A DNA stretch of 64,000 nt from an uncultured delta proteobacterium. GTDB taxonomy: Bacteria; Myxococcota_A; Polyangia; Polyangiales; Polyangiaceae. Numbering within the stretch: position 1 is the first letter of the stretch; each line of letters starts with the position of its first letter. The DNA is taken from positions 288,001 to 352,000 of the forward strand of contig CAWKKR010000007.1 in NCBI GenBank assembly GCA_963850305.1, written 5' to 3'. Below the pieces are notes generated by a model, which was given only the letters and a program-made list of their open reading frames with translations, did not search any database and was not told the DNA's origin. A program made the position numbers and the translations under genes. This document shows, one piece after another, positions 52,272-62,023 of this stretch.

Positions 52272-53247
52272 CGCCGGGGATCGCCTGATTTGACTCCGCG
52301 CTTCGCCCCGCGGGTCGGCCTTGCTCGCCAAGCCATGCGGCTGCCCACGCGCGCGCCGCGAGGTCGCCCGAGCGACGGCGGAGCAGGCTCTCCATCATTC
52401 GCGCCCCGAGCGGCCCGACCGCGGTTCGATCCGCGGGTAGCCTCCGCGCCGTGGTGCTGAACCGATCCTCGCGTCCCGCCAGATCGGCCGCGACGAGCGC
52501 GGCGATGCGTGCATCGACGTTGCCGGGTTCGGCCGCAAGTACCCGGTCGGCCGTCTCCGAGCCGAGATCGGTTCTGCCGACCATGAGCGCTCTCAACGCC
52601 AGATCCGCGCCGTCGGCCCCGCTTGAATCCTGGGCCGACCTGATCGTCGTTCCGTCGCCGTCGACGGGCGCCTCTTCGAGCGCTTCGTCCGCGGAGAGGG
52701 GCTTCGTGGTGTGCCCGATGAACCGGTCGTGACGCAATGAAAGAGCCCGCAACCACCTGCTCGCCGTGCGGGGGTCGCCTGCCGAATCGAACGCCTGCAC
52801 GACCAGCAGACTGGTCGCTGCGTCGTCGGGCGATACGGCGGCGGCGTGGAGCGCCGCCGTGACCGCATTTTCCCCGTTGCCGCGCTTCAGGGCGCATTCC
52901 GCCGCCGCCGACCAGACATCCCCCAGGTCGGGGGCGAGCCTCTGGGCAAGGGTCAGCGCCGAATCCGCACCCGCCGGATTGGCGACGCAGAGGACGACTC
53001 CAAGGCGCGCGAGGATTCCCGGTGCGTTCGGGTCCTCCTTCAGGGCGGCATCGTAGGTGTCTGCGGCGTGGGTCTCGTCGCCCTGGGCCTCGAGGATCGC
53101 TCCGTCGAGGAATCGCGCATACGCCTCGGGAGAAATGAAGCGTCCATCGATGGATCGACCATCTTGCAGTCGTGCGACATCGGGGCCCGCGTGGCAGGCG
53201 AGGGCGCAGGCAAAGGGCAGGACGACGCCGAGGACCCGGTGCCGCAC
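52243..53247 (-). CDS. Tetratricopeptide-repeat lipoprotein
   Basis: Lipobox ALAC; helical repeats AADTYDAALKEDP, AQRLAPD, AAVSPDD, VLAAEPGN. Confidence 0.7.
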   Translation of the reverse strand: MRHRVLGVVLPFACALACHAGPDVARLQDGRSIDGRFISPEAYARFLDGAILEAQGDETHAADTYDAALKEDPNAPGILARLGVVLCVANPAGADSALTLAQRLAPDLGDVWSAAAECALKRGNGENAVTAALHAAAVSPDDAATSLLVVQAFDSAGDPRTASRWLRALSLRHDRFIGHTTKPLSADEALEEAPVDGDGTTIRSAQDSSGADGADLALRALMVGRTDLGSETADRVLAAEPGNVDARIAALVAADLAGREDRFSTTARRLPADRTAVGPLGARMMESLLRRRSGDLAARAWAAAWLGEQGRPAGRSAESNQAIPGVRARLPSGS

Positions 53248-54588
53248 CTAATTCTCCGACGACGCTGGCTCCCGCAACGCGAGGAGCACCAGAGTGGCGG
53301 CCTCCAGGGTCACCGTCGACGTACGCGCGATCTCCTGCGCAACGGAGTCGACTTCCGTGCCTGTCGCTCCGGCCGCGATGGCGACGGAACGCGCGTGAAG
53401 CGACATGTGCCCACGCTGGATCCCCTCGGTCGCCAGCGCCCGGAGAGCCGCGAGGTTCGAGGCGAGCCCCGTCGACGCCGCGACCATGGCGAGCTCGTCC
53501 GCCGTCGTGACGCCGAGAATCTTCAGGGCGAGCCGAGCCGCCGCATGAACGCGGAGTGTCCCCCCGACAATCCCGAGCGCGAGCGGCATCTCGAGATCAC
53601 CCACCAGGTAGTTTCCCTCTCGTCGCCAGATCGCGAGCGGAGCATATCTGCCGCTTCTCGCGGCGAAAGCATGCGCGCCGGCTTCCACCGCACGGTAGTC
53701 GTTGCCGGTCGCCATGACGACGGAATCAACGCCGTTCATGATGCCCTTGTTGTGCGTGGCCGCCCGGTAGGGATCGAGTTCCGCGAAGCGCGAGGCCTGG
53801 ACGATCCGATCGACGATGGCGGCGGGTTCCATCCCGCGTTCGACCTGGGAGGCGTCACCGCTCGAGAGCATGGTGGCGACGCGTTCCTTCATCGCAAGAT
53901 CTCGGTCCAGCACGCGACCTCGCACGCGGACTCGTCTTCGATCCGAGAGATTCGTCAGAATCCGGAGGCCGAGGCTCCCTCCGGCGATCTCCCGCGCGCG
54001 AGGGCCCACGGCCTCCGCGATGCCGTTGACGAGGTTTGCCCCCATGGCGTCCCGACAATCGACATGGACGTGAATGACCACCGTGCCGTCACCGAGATCG
54101 CGGACCTCGATGGACCTCGGACCACCGCCGCGCGCAATGAGGTTACCGACCGCGCGCGCGCCGAGGTCGAGCAACTCCGTCTCGGCTGCGACCAGCCGGA
54201 CCCGCGCGCCTTCGGGATCCGGGACGTCGAAGAGCTGGACCTGCGTCGTCATGAGGTTCTCGAGCATCTCGGCATGAAAACCGCCGCTCGCGCGCACCAT
54301 CCGGGCGGCATTGGACGCTGCGGCAATGACGCTCGGCTCCTCGACGACCATCGGAACGAGACGGTCCACGTCATTGACCCTGACGTTCAGCGCGACGCCG
54401 AGCGGGAGTCCATAGACGCCCACGACGTTCTCCACGACCTTGTCCGCGGTTTCGGGGCGCAGCCCGCCTTGCTCGAGCGCGGCCTCGAGTTCTGCCATAT
54501 CGAGGCCCGTGAGTTCCACGAGCCGCGACCGTCGCTCCTGGAGGCTTAGCTTGTAAAAGCCGGGGATGCGCGAATTCCGGGTCTTCAT
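53248..54588 (-). CDS. mvaA: Hydroxymethylglutaryl-CoA reductase, class II
   Basis: ENVVG, EEPSVIAAAS, DAMGANLVN, RAATHNKGIMNG, EGIQRGHMSLHAR. Confidence 0.96.
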   Translation of the reverse strand: MKTRNSRIPGFYKLSLQERRSRLVELTGLDMAELEAALEQGGLRPETADKVVENVVGVYGLPLGVALNVRVNDVDRLVPMVVEEPSVIAAASNAARMVRASGGFHAEMLENLMTTQVQLFDVPDPEGARVRLVAAETELLDLGARAVGNLIARGGGPRSIEVRDLGDGTVVIHVHVDCRDAMGANLVNGIAEAVGPRAREIAGGSLGLRILTNLSDRRRVRVRGRVLDRDLAMKERVATMLSSGDASQVERGMEPAAIVDRIVQASRFAELDPYRAATHNKGIMNGVDSVVMATGNDYRAVEAGAHAFAARSGRYAPLAIWRREGNYLVGDLEMPLALGIVGGTLRVHAAARLALKILGVTTADELAMVAASTGLASNLAALRALATEGIQRGHMSLHARSVAIAAGATGTEVDSVAQEIARTSTVTLEAATLVLLALREPASSEN

Positions 54589-55496
54589 GCTTTCGCGTCG
54601 TCGACGAGATGGAGTCCCGGCGCGCCGAGGCCCACGGCGAGCCGCTCCTGCCGCTCCGCGATGAACGCCGCCGCAAGGTTCGGTGAAGGGGGCTCGGTGC
54701 CTGCGTAGATGGCGATGTCGCCGCCGCCGGCTCCCGCCGGAACGACGACGGCGTTCTCCTCCGCGGCCAGGTCCGCGAGGCGCGAAACCTCGCGCGTCAC
54801 GATCCGCGTCCCCGCGTGTTCTCCGAGATCGACCAGGCCGCGGAGTTGGTCCCGCAGTGCACGCACGACATCGGCTGCGGCGCCCTCGTCGAACGATCGT
54901 TCGGCATCTTCCGCGGCTGCCCGGAGGTTCTCGATGACTCCGTCGTACTCATGTGGGGAGCGCGCCTTGAAAGCGCGCACGCGTCCGACGAGCTCCGAGG
55001 TCGACGCGGGCATGCCCGCGAAGAGCACGTTGATGTGCAGCCCCTCGGGGATGGCCGTGTTTCGCATGGACAGCCCGGTCCCTTTCTTCACGGCGATGAT
55101 CGTTCCCCCGTGGACACTGGTCGCGACGTCCACCCCGCTGCCACCGCCCTGTGCGGAACGATGCGCGACGAGAGCCGGCTCGAAAACCGCGCGACGCAGG
55201 TCTTCTGTTTTCGTGATACCGCGATCCTTGGCCATGAGTGCACCGAGAGATGCGACGAGAATTGCGGCACTGGACCCGAGCCCGAGCTTCTGGTCCCTGG
55301 CCCGAAGTTCGCCCGCGTCGAACCACGGCGGCTTCCCGTCTTTCACCGCGGCCCGCACCTCCGGTGTCAGGAAGTCCGATGTTCTCGACGCATCGGCGGT
55401 CACGTAGCGGTCGACTGCGGTGACGATTGCAGGTGCTCCCTCGAGCACGGCATACGCTCCTGAGATGACGATCTTTCCCGGTGCGCGCGCGATCAA
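54585..55496 (-). CDS. Phosphomevalonate kinase (GHMP kinase)
   Basis: APGKIVISGAYAVLEG, KLGLGSSAA, GSGVDVATS, PAGAGGGD; TTG start overlaps the mvaD stop. Confidence 0.85.
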   Translation of the reverse strand: MIARAPGKIVISGAYAVLEGAPAIVTAVDRYVTADASRTSDFLTPEVRAAVKDGKPPWFDAGELRARDQKLGLGSSAAILVASLGALMAKDRGITKTEDLRRAVFEPALVAHRSAQGGGSGVDVATSVHGGTIIAVKKGTGLSMRNTAIPEGLHINVLFAGMPASTSELVGRVRAFKARSPHEYDGVIENLRAAAEDAERSFDEGAAADVVRALRDQLRGLVDLGEHAGTRIVTREVSRLADLAAEENAVVVPAGAGGGDIAIYAGTEPPSPNLAAAFIAERQERLAVGLGAPGLHLVDDAKA

Positions 55497-56476
55497 GCGG
55501 ACCTCTTTTCCGTTTCGTGTTCGACCCGAGCGTCCGAGCCCGGCTTGCATTGGATGACCTGTAGAACGCCTTGAACTGCGGCGAGAGCCGCGGCCACGTC
55601 GACCGCACGCTCCGGCGAGGTGAGGACCTTTACATGGGGTCCAGCATCCATGGTGAAAAATGCCGGCAGCCCCGCGGCGCGGAGTTCGCGCACCCGCTCC
55701 ATGACGGCGAGGGTCACGGGCGAGAAGTACACGATGGGCGGGTCGGCGGCGAACATGGAAGCGTGCATGGCGAGGGCGCTCGCTTCGACGGCGGGGCCGA
55801 GCATGGCGAGATCGCCATCTAGCACGGCGCGGCGAATGCGCTCGTACAGATGCGGCGCAGCATCGACCCATGCTGCATAGTAGGGGCTGGTGGCGGCGGT
55901 TCGGAGCATTCCTTCCGTGGATCCGACCTCTTTCTCTCCCGCGCGGGTCAGCGCCACGACCATGGAGAGTGGGAAATGAGCGCCGCTCGCCAGGGGCTCC
56001 GCGTGCTCCGCGCGCGCCGGCAAGACGACGAAGCCGCCGTAGAGCGAGCGCGCCGCGGACACGGACGCCGCGCGCGCCATCGCGCTGACCTCATGGATCG
56101 GAAGAGCGAGGCCCGCGGCCCGCGTCGCCGCGAGAGCGAGGGCGGCAAACCCGGACGCACTCGATGCAAGTCCCGCCGCCGTGGGGAAACTGTTCTGCGA
56201 CGTCACACGCGCCCTGTGGGACGAACCCGAGAGTGTCCGTACGCCGTCGAGCATTGCGACGACCCGCTTCTTCTCCTTTTCGCGCGCACTGCGACCGTCG
56301 AGCAAGACTTCGTCTTCTGTGAGCGAGTCATCGAAGGCCACTTCGGTGCGTGTCGTGAGCGCATCGAGCGTCAGCGAAAGGCTGGGCACGGCAGCAAGGT
56401 TCCTTTTTTCGTCGGCCTTTCCCCAGTATTTGGCGAGCGCTATGTTCGCGTGAGCAACGGCGGTCGCGCGGCTCAC
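55493..56476 (-). CDS. mvaD: Diphosphomevalonate decarboxylase
   Basis: AHANIALAKYWGK, PTAAGLASSASG, FFTMDAGPHVK; GTG start overlaps the mvk stop. Confidence 0.95.
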   Translation of the reverse strand: MSRATAVAHANIALAKYWGKADEKRNLAAVPSLSLTLDALTTRTEVAFDDSLTEDEVLLDGRSAREKEKKRVVAMLDGVRTLSGSSHRARVTSQNSFPTAAGLASSASGFAALALAATRAAGLALPIHEVSAMARAASVSAARSLYGGFVVLPARAEHAEPLASGAHFPLSMVVALTRAGEKEVGSTEGMLRTAATSPYYAAWVDAAPHLYERIRRAVLDGDLAMLGPAVEASALAMHASMFAADPPIVYFSPVTLAVMERVRELRAAGLPAFFTMDAGPHVKVLTSPERAVDVAAALAAVQGVLQVIQCKPGSDARVEHETEKRSA

Positions 56477-57396
56477 GGCGCCACCGTCCGCGATCCGTCC
56501 GGCGAGGGCACGTCTCGAACCACCGTCTCGAAGCAGGCGAGCCCGTGGGCGCGCCACGCGGCCAGGATGGGCTCCGCGGGCCCATCCGCCAGCGCGATGA
56601 CGCAGCCTCCGCCGCCTCCGCCCGTCAACTTCGCGCCGAGCGCGCCGGCGTCGCGTGCCCAGTTGCACGCGAGCTCGATCTCTTCCGTCGAGAGAAACAA
56701 CCCCGCGAGGAGCATTTGATTGAAGTCGAACAGCTTTCCGAGGCCTGGTAGGTCTCCCGCTTCGAGGCAGAGTGCCGCATTTTTCACGAGAGATTCGATC
56801 CCGAGAAACGACTTTTCGACCATGTCCTTCTTTCGTGCACGAAGCTGAGCGAGGCCCTCGACCATGGTGCGGGTGCTCGCGGGCGGTCCGGCGACAGCGA
56901 TCGCCAGAGACAGCTCACGAGCGAGCCGGATCCGGCGCACTCCCTCGCCGCGCGTGTAGAGGACGCACCCGCCGTGAGCCGCCGCCCAGGCATCGACGCC
57001 CGAGGGGTTCCCGTGAAAGACCCGCTCCCACGCCATGGCCGCATCGACGATTCGACTGAGCTCGGCGTCCGGGGAGCCTTGCCACTCGAACACTGCTCGC
57101 GCCACCGCGACGGCGATCGCGGCGGACCCTCCGAGCCCCACGCCAGGCGGAATCTGAAGCGAAACCTCGACGTCGCATGGAGGCGACCCGACCGCGGCGA
57201 GCAGCGCCGCGAACCCGGCGCCGAGTTCCGAACCGTCACCTGCATGGGCAGCACGTTCACCGACCCGAAGCGAAGCTCGCGACGACGCCGTGGCATGCGC
57301 CGTGGCGCCTCGATCGAGGCCGGCCGCGATGGCGGGCATGCCGTACACGACGGCATGCTCGCCCAGGAGGATCGCTTTTCCGCACGAGGAGGCCAT
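56473..57396 (-). CDS. mvk: Mevalonate kinase
   Basis: GKAILLGEHAVVYG, PGVGLGGSAA, HGNPSGVD, GAKLTGGGGGGC. Confidence 0.95.
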   Translation of the reverse strand: MASSCGKAILLGEHAVVYGMPAIAAGLDRGATAHATASSRASLRVGERAAHAGDGSELGAGFAALLAAVGSPPCDVEVSLQIPPGVGLGGSAAIAVAVARAVFEWQGSPDAELSRIVDAAMAWERVFHGNPSGVDAWAAAHGGCVLYTRGEGVRRIRLARELSLAIAVAGPPASTRTMVEGLAQLRARKKDMVEKSFLGIESLVKNAALCLEAGDLPGLGKLFDFNQMLLAGLFLSTEEIELACNWARDAGALGAKLTGGGGGGCVIALADGPAEPILAAWRAHGLACFETVVRDVPSPDGSRTVAP

Positions 57397-58511
57397 CAGT
57401 TCGTTCGATCCGTCAGCGCGTCGATCGCGCCTACCAGCAGCTTCCGTTGCCCGTTCGAGAGCCGTCCCTCCGCGACGGCCGCGAGGGCCTCGTCCGCGAG
57501 TTCCTGGATGCGCTTTTCGACGGCCAGCTTCGCGCCGCAGCGGGCCATGGCCTCGGCGGCTCGCCGCAGCTCACCCTCGGTGGCCCGGCCATTCCCGAAC
57601 GCTCGACGTATGATCTCGAGATCCTTACCCCTGGCGAGATCGAACGCAATCTGCGCGAGGAGGGTGCGTTTGCCGCTTCGGAGATCGTTTGCGAAAGGCT
57701 TGCCGGTGTCCGACGGTGCGCCGAACGCGCTGAGCAGATCGTCACGCAGCTGGAACGCAACGCCGGCGGGAAGTGCAAAGCGCTCGAGGGTTGTCAGGAG
57801 GGATGCGGATGCCCCCGCGAGCACGGCGCCCAGACGGAGCGGGCCGGCGACCGTGTAGCTTCCTGTCTTCAGGACGTAGGTCTTCTCGATGTCGGACGTT
57901 CGCCCGGTGAGATCGAGCTGCTGCCCGGCGACGGCGTCAACCTGCATCTGAGCGAACGCGGCGAGTGCACGATGGAGGCGGGAGGGCGCGATGTCGACTC
58001 GCGAGAGGGCTTCGGTCGCGAGCGCAACGCCCAGATCGCCCGCGAGGACTGCCGAAGCTGCGCCCGTCGTCTCGGAGGCGTACTTCCGGGAGAGCATCAC
58101 GTGAACGGTCGGTCCTCCGCGACGGATATCGTCGTCGTCCATCCAATCATCGTGGATGAGGAAGTAAGCGTGGAGGAGCTCGATCGCGACCCCTGCGTCG
58201 AGCGCCGGCTCGAGATCCGCGGAAGCACTCGCCGAGCGATAACCTGCCACGACGAGTGCTGCTCGCAGTCGCTTCCCTCCGCGGAGGCAGAGCTCGCGGA
58301 GCGCCAGCGCGATCTCGACGACGTCAGCGCCGTGTTCCCTGGCGGCGTCCACCTTGGCGTCGAGCAAGCCCGCGAGCCGCGTGTCGACGTCGCGTCGAAC
58401 CGTGTCGATCAGCGCGATGAATGGATTCGCGCGAATGGGTTTCGCCCCTTGCCTGCGAGGCGCGCCGCCCCGGTTCCGGCTTCGCGTGGAAGCCCTTGTC
58501 TTCGCAGGCAT
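57396..58511 (-). CDS. Short-chain polyprenyl diphosphate synthase (FPP/GGPP)
   Basis: GGKRLR, FARM HAYFLIHDDWMDDDDIRRG, GQQLD, KTGSY, FQLRDDLLS. Confidence 0.93.
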   Translation of the reverse strand: MPAKTRASTRSRNRGGAPRRQGAKPIRANPFIALIDTVRRDVDTRLAGLLDAKVDAAREHGADVVEIALALRELCLRGGKRLRAALVVAGYRSASASADLEPALDAGVAIELLHAYFLIHDDWMDDDDIRRGGPTVHVMLSRKYASETTGAASAVLAGDLGVALATEALSRVDIAPSRLHRALAAFAQMQVDAVAGQQLDLTGRTSDIEKTYVLKTGSYTVAGPLRLGAVLAGASASLLTTLERFALPAGVAFQLRDDLLSAFGAPSDTGKPFANDLRSGKRTLLAQIAFDLARGKDLEIIRRAFGNGRATEGELRRAAEAMARCGAKLAVEKRIQELADEALAAVAEGRLSNGQRKLLVGAIDALTDRTN

Positions 58512-58620
58512 TTTTTGGGCAGTAGCCTAGGAGGCCGCGGGCGCGCCGTCAACGCCGCGCGCAGCCGGGCGGGTGCGAGAGGCTTGCGCTCTGGATGCTC
58601 CGGGCGCTTTGCTGGGTGAA

Positions 58621-59673
58621 ATGGCCGACATCTCGACACGAAAGTCCGACCATCTCGACCTGGCAACCTCTGGGAACGTTGGATTCAAGTCGACGACTAC
58701 CCTGCTCGAAAACGTGCGGCTCGTCCACGACGCATTACCGGAGCTGTCCTTCGAGGCCATCGACGCGTCGGCCCGAATGCTCGGGAAGACGTTGCGAGCG
58801 CCGCTGCTCATCGCGGCCATGACCGGTGGTACCGAACGTGCGGAACGTATCAACCGTGAGCTAGCCGCCATCGCCGAAGAACGTGGCTACGCTTTCGGGC
58901 TGGGTAGTCAGCGGGCGATGATGAAGAAACCGGAGACGCGCGGCTCGTACGTCGTCCGAGACGTTGCCCCCACGGCGTTGATCCTCGCCAACATCGGCGG
59001 AGTGCAGGCGACGGCGATGACCGTCGAGGCCGCCCGCGAGCTCGTCGAGACCATCGGTGCGGACGCCCTCTGCGTCCACTTGAACCCCGCGATGGAGATC
59101 GTGCAGGCCGATGGCGACAGGGATTTTCGTGGCGTGCTCGAGACGCTCCGGCGCTTCTCGGAGGAACTCCCGTTTCCAATCATCGCGAAGGAGACCGGCT
59201 GTGGCTTGTCGGCGGGGGTCGCGCGGCGCCTCGTCGCCGCCGGCGTCCGGCACGTCGACGTGTCGGGTGCGGGCGGCACTTCCTGGGTCGCCGTCGAAGC
59301 GGAGCGCGCCCAGGGGACCCAGCGAATGCTGGGCGATCGATTCCGTGAGTGGGGGATCCCGACGGCGGCGAGCGTGGCGTTCGTCGCCGAGGCAGGGTTC
59401 CGGACCATCTTTGCGACCGGCGGGGTCACGAACGGACTCGAGGCGGCGAAGGCAATCGCTCTCGGCGCGTCGGCGGCCGGGCTCGCGCGAGTGGCCCTGC
59501 AGGAGCTGGAGCGAGGCGGCCGAGACGGTGCGTCGGCATTCTTCGACAGGGTCGAGCTCGAACTCAGGACGACCATGCTCCTCACCGGCAGTCGTACCGT
59601 CGACGATCTGAGACGCGCGCCGCGGCTCGTCGTGGGCGAACTCGCCGAGTGGCTCCGTCAGGCAGGCCGCTGA
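58621..59673 (+). CDS. fni: Type 2 isopentenyl-diphosphate delta-isomerase (FMN)
   Basis: RKSDHL, AMTGG, GLGSQR, HLNPAME, KETGCG, DVSGAGGTSW, EWGIPT. Confidence 0.96.
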   Translation: MADISTRKSDHLDLATSGNVGFKSTTTLLENVRLVHDALPELSFEAIDASARMLGKTLRAPLLIAAMTGGTERAERINRELAAIAEERGYAFGLGSQRAMMKKPETRGSYVVRDVAPTALILANIGGVQATAMTVEAARELVETIGADALCVHLNPAMEIVQADGDRDFRGVLETLRRFSEELPFPIIAKETGCGLSAGVARRLVAAGVRHVDVSGAGGTSWVAVEAERAQGTQRMLGDRFREWGIPTAASVAFVAEAGFRTIFATGGVTNGLEAAKAIALGASAAGLARVALQELERGGRDGASAFFDRVELELRTTMLLTGSRTVDDLRRAPRLVVGELAEWLRQAGR

Positions 59674-59705
59674 CCTCGCCGCGGACGGCAAGCGGAACGA
59701 CGCCG

Positions 59706-60776
59706 ATGGTCCGATCCCGTCTCGCGCGCGTCCTCGTCACCTTGCTCGTTCTCGGGTTCGCGGCGTTCTGCGTGAGGGCGGCGTGGGTGCGGATTGCCGC
59801 TCGCTGGGCGAAACGCAGCGCACCTGCCCAACGCAGCTACTCCGACGTCGACATGATCAGCGACGGGTCCGCGCCGCGAGTCACGTTACGAGTCGCTCGA
59901 TGGCCTGGCCTTCGGTACCGCTTCGTCATTCGATCCGCAGGGGCGCTCGGGCTCGAAAACCAGCCCCTGGTGTTCGGGCCGACCGTTACCATGACGTTCG
60001 ACAATGACGTCGTGCGTGGGAGCGCGGACCCCATCGTCGAGCGGCGGAACGGGGCGATCATGCGCCTCATCGAGGAACGCTCCGTGCTCGAGGGCATTCA
60101 CGTGAGCCTCGACACGGCGCCCAAGCCGCTCGTCGATTTCTGGAACCAGGCGCTTGTCCCGCTTCGCGGCACCGCGTTCAAGCAGCGCGTCACCGAGCTC
60201 GCAGGCATCGCATGGCTGAAGACCGAGCTGCTCGGAGGTCAGCGCCCCCCCGACGCCGTGCGTGCCGCGCTCGATGGCGCGCTCGAGACCCAGAGGCACT
60301 TCCCCTTTCGGCTTCCGCCCGTCGCGGTCGGAACCGGAGCCCGATGGCGCTTTCACGAGCAGGTGACCGTGAACGGCGCCCAGGTCCTTCAGATCGCGGA
60401 AATGTCACTGAAGTCGATCGATGCGAACCTCGCCGTGGTCGGCCTCGTGATCCGGCAGGAAGCCCCCCGCCAGGAGGTGCCGCATCCGCTGGTTCCGGGT
60501 CAGAAAGCGATGCTCGAGCAGTTCCAGGGTTGGGGCGACGGCGAGCTCACGGTCGATCGGCTCACGGCCATCGTCGTCCAGGGCCACTTCGCCGGTCGAT
60601 GCCGTTTCACGTTGAGCGGCGACGTCGCGGGGAAGCACGGCGTCGCGACGTTAATCGGCGCGTCGCTCATTCGTACGGACTCGACCATCTTGCCCGATGC
60701 AGACGCGGGCGCGGATGATCCCGAACCCCTGCAGCCCGGGCCAGCCACGGCGTCAACGGACGCGGGCGGGCCGTGA
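59706..60776 (+). CDS. Hypothetical membrane-anchored exported protein
   Basis: N-terminal TM, then beta-rich domain with LPPVAVGTGARW motif; coupled to the next gene (GTGA). Confidence 0.7.
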   Translation: MVRSRLARVLVTLLVLGFAAFCVRAAWVRIAARWAKRSAPAQRSYSDVDMISDGSAPRVTLRVARWPGLRYRFVIRSAGALGLENQPLVFGPTVTMTFDNDVVRGSADPIVERRNGAIMRLIEERSVLEGIHVSLDTAPKPLVDFWNQALVPLRGTAFKQRVTELAGIAWLKTELLGGQRPPDAVRAALDGALETQRHFPFRLPPVAVGTGARWRFHEQVTVNGAQVLQIAEMSLKSIDANLAVVGLVIRQEAPRQEVPHPLVPGQKAMLEQFQGWGDGELTVDRLTAIVVQGHFAGRCRFTLSGDVAGKHGVATLIGASLIRTDSTILPDADAGADDPEPLQPGPATASTDAGGP

Positions 60777-62023
60777 CCGCGGAGCCGCGGCCCACGAAAG
60801 CCGCTCTGCGAAGCCCGGGGTGGTTCCGTCGAGTGCTGCGTCCGACGCTGCTCGCGAACCACTATCCGCCGCTGCATGGCCTCCGTGTCTTTGGCATTCT
60901 GTCCGTCATCCAGATCCACCTCGCGTCGGTGGCGTCCGCCCACGGTCTTCTGTCGCTCACCGACCCGGTCTTCGTGATCTCCCAGCGGATCTGGTTCGGA
61001 ATGGATCTGTTCTTTTTCTTGAGCGGATTCTTGATCGGCAATCTGCTCCTCGTCGCCGAGGCTGGCGACGGCTCGCGCGGCATTCTCCGGTTCTACGTGC
61101 GGCGTACGTTCCGGATCGTGCCCCTCTACTACGTCGTGCTGACCGCTCTCGCACTGGCCGAACCCCGGAACTCGACGCACCTGGGCCAGCTCGGACGCGA
61201 ATACCTCTACTTGACCAATTACTCTGACACGTCGCACACGGTGATGTTCTGGGGCTGGTCACTCTCCGCCGAGGAACACTTCTACCTGGCCGTGCCGATC
61301 CTGCTCGTCCTCGTGTCTTACCTGCGCTCCGATCGCGCCCGGATCACTGCCTTGACGTTCCTGTGGCTGAGCGGAGCTGGGGTCCGCGCCGCCATCCTCT
61401 TCAACCAGCGCGTGCCGTTCGACCTTTTTCACTATTTCCAGGCGATGTACATTCCGACGCATACGCGGTACGACATTCTCGTCGCGGGCGTACTCCTCGC
61501 CTATGTGTTCCGCGCTCACGGCGACACGCTGCGGGAATGGATGTCTCGTGGAGCGGTTCAGACCGGTTCGCTCATGCTCACCGCCGCGCTCCTCGCCGCG
61601 CTCATGACGAAGCTGCCGTATTCGTCGTTCGGTCTCTGGTGCGTGCTGTCCACGGGAACCGTGACGGGCCTGCTTTACGCGAACTTGACCCTGTACCTTC
61701 TCACGGTCGACGGGGTTCTCGCACGGTTCCTCGGGGCTCGAACCTTTCTCTGGCTCGCGACGCTCGGGTACGGCGTGTACCTCGTTCACTATCCGATCGT
61801 GACCTCGGCGGGCCTCGCCGGCTATTTCTTCACCACGGCGAAGCTGGTACCGAGCCCCGCGATCGCTCTCGTCGTCGGAACGCTGATCGTGTTCGGTCTC
61901 TCCCTCGGGATCGCGTATCTCCTGCACCTTCTTGTCGAAAAGCCCGCGCTGCTTGCTCGGGATGCGCTCACTTCCCGGAATCGGGCGCGCCCTCCCGCGG
62001 GTGCGGCGTCACCGGCCGCATGA
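60773..62023 (+). CDS. Acyltransferase family 3 (OafA-like) membrane O-acyltransferase
   Basis: LHGLRVFG, GMDLFFFLSGFLI, FYVRRTFRIVPLYY, WSLSAEEHFY, GYGVYLVH, LVEKP. Confidence 0.93.
   Translation: MTAEPRPTKAALRSPGWFRRVLRPTLLANHYPPLHGLRVFGILSVIQIHLASVASAHGLLSLTDPVFVISQRIWFGMDLFFFLSGFLIGNLLLVAEAGDGSRGILRFYVRRTFRIVPLYYVVLTALALAEPRNSTHLGQLGREYLYLTNYSDTSHTVMFWGWSLSAEEHFYLAVPILLVLVSYLRSDRARITALTFLWLSGAGVRAAILFNQRVPFDLFHYFQAMYIPTHTRYDILVAGVLLAYVFRAHGDTLREWMSRGAVQTGSLMLTAALLAALMTKLPYSSFGLWCVLSTGTVTGLLYANLTLYLLTVDGVLARFLGARTFLWLATLGYGVYLVHYPIVTSAGLAGYFFTTAKLVPSPAIALVVGTLIVFGLSLGIAYLLHLLVEKPALLARDALTSRNRARPPAGAASPAA

Noticed and set aside
61363..62019. N-terminal extension of the last membrane protein (854-aa ORF)
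   Set aside because: It is an out-of-frame overlap with the acyltransferase; the coupled ATG at 62020 is the sensible start.
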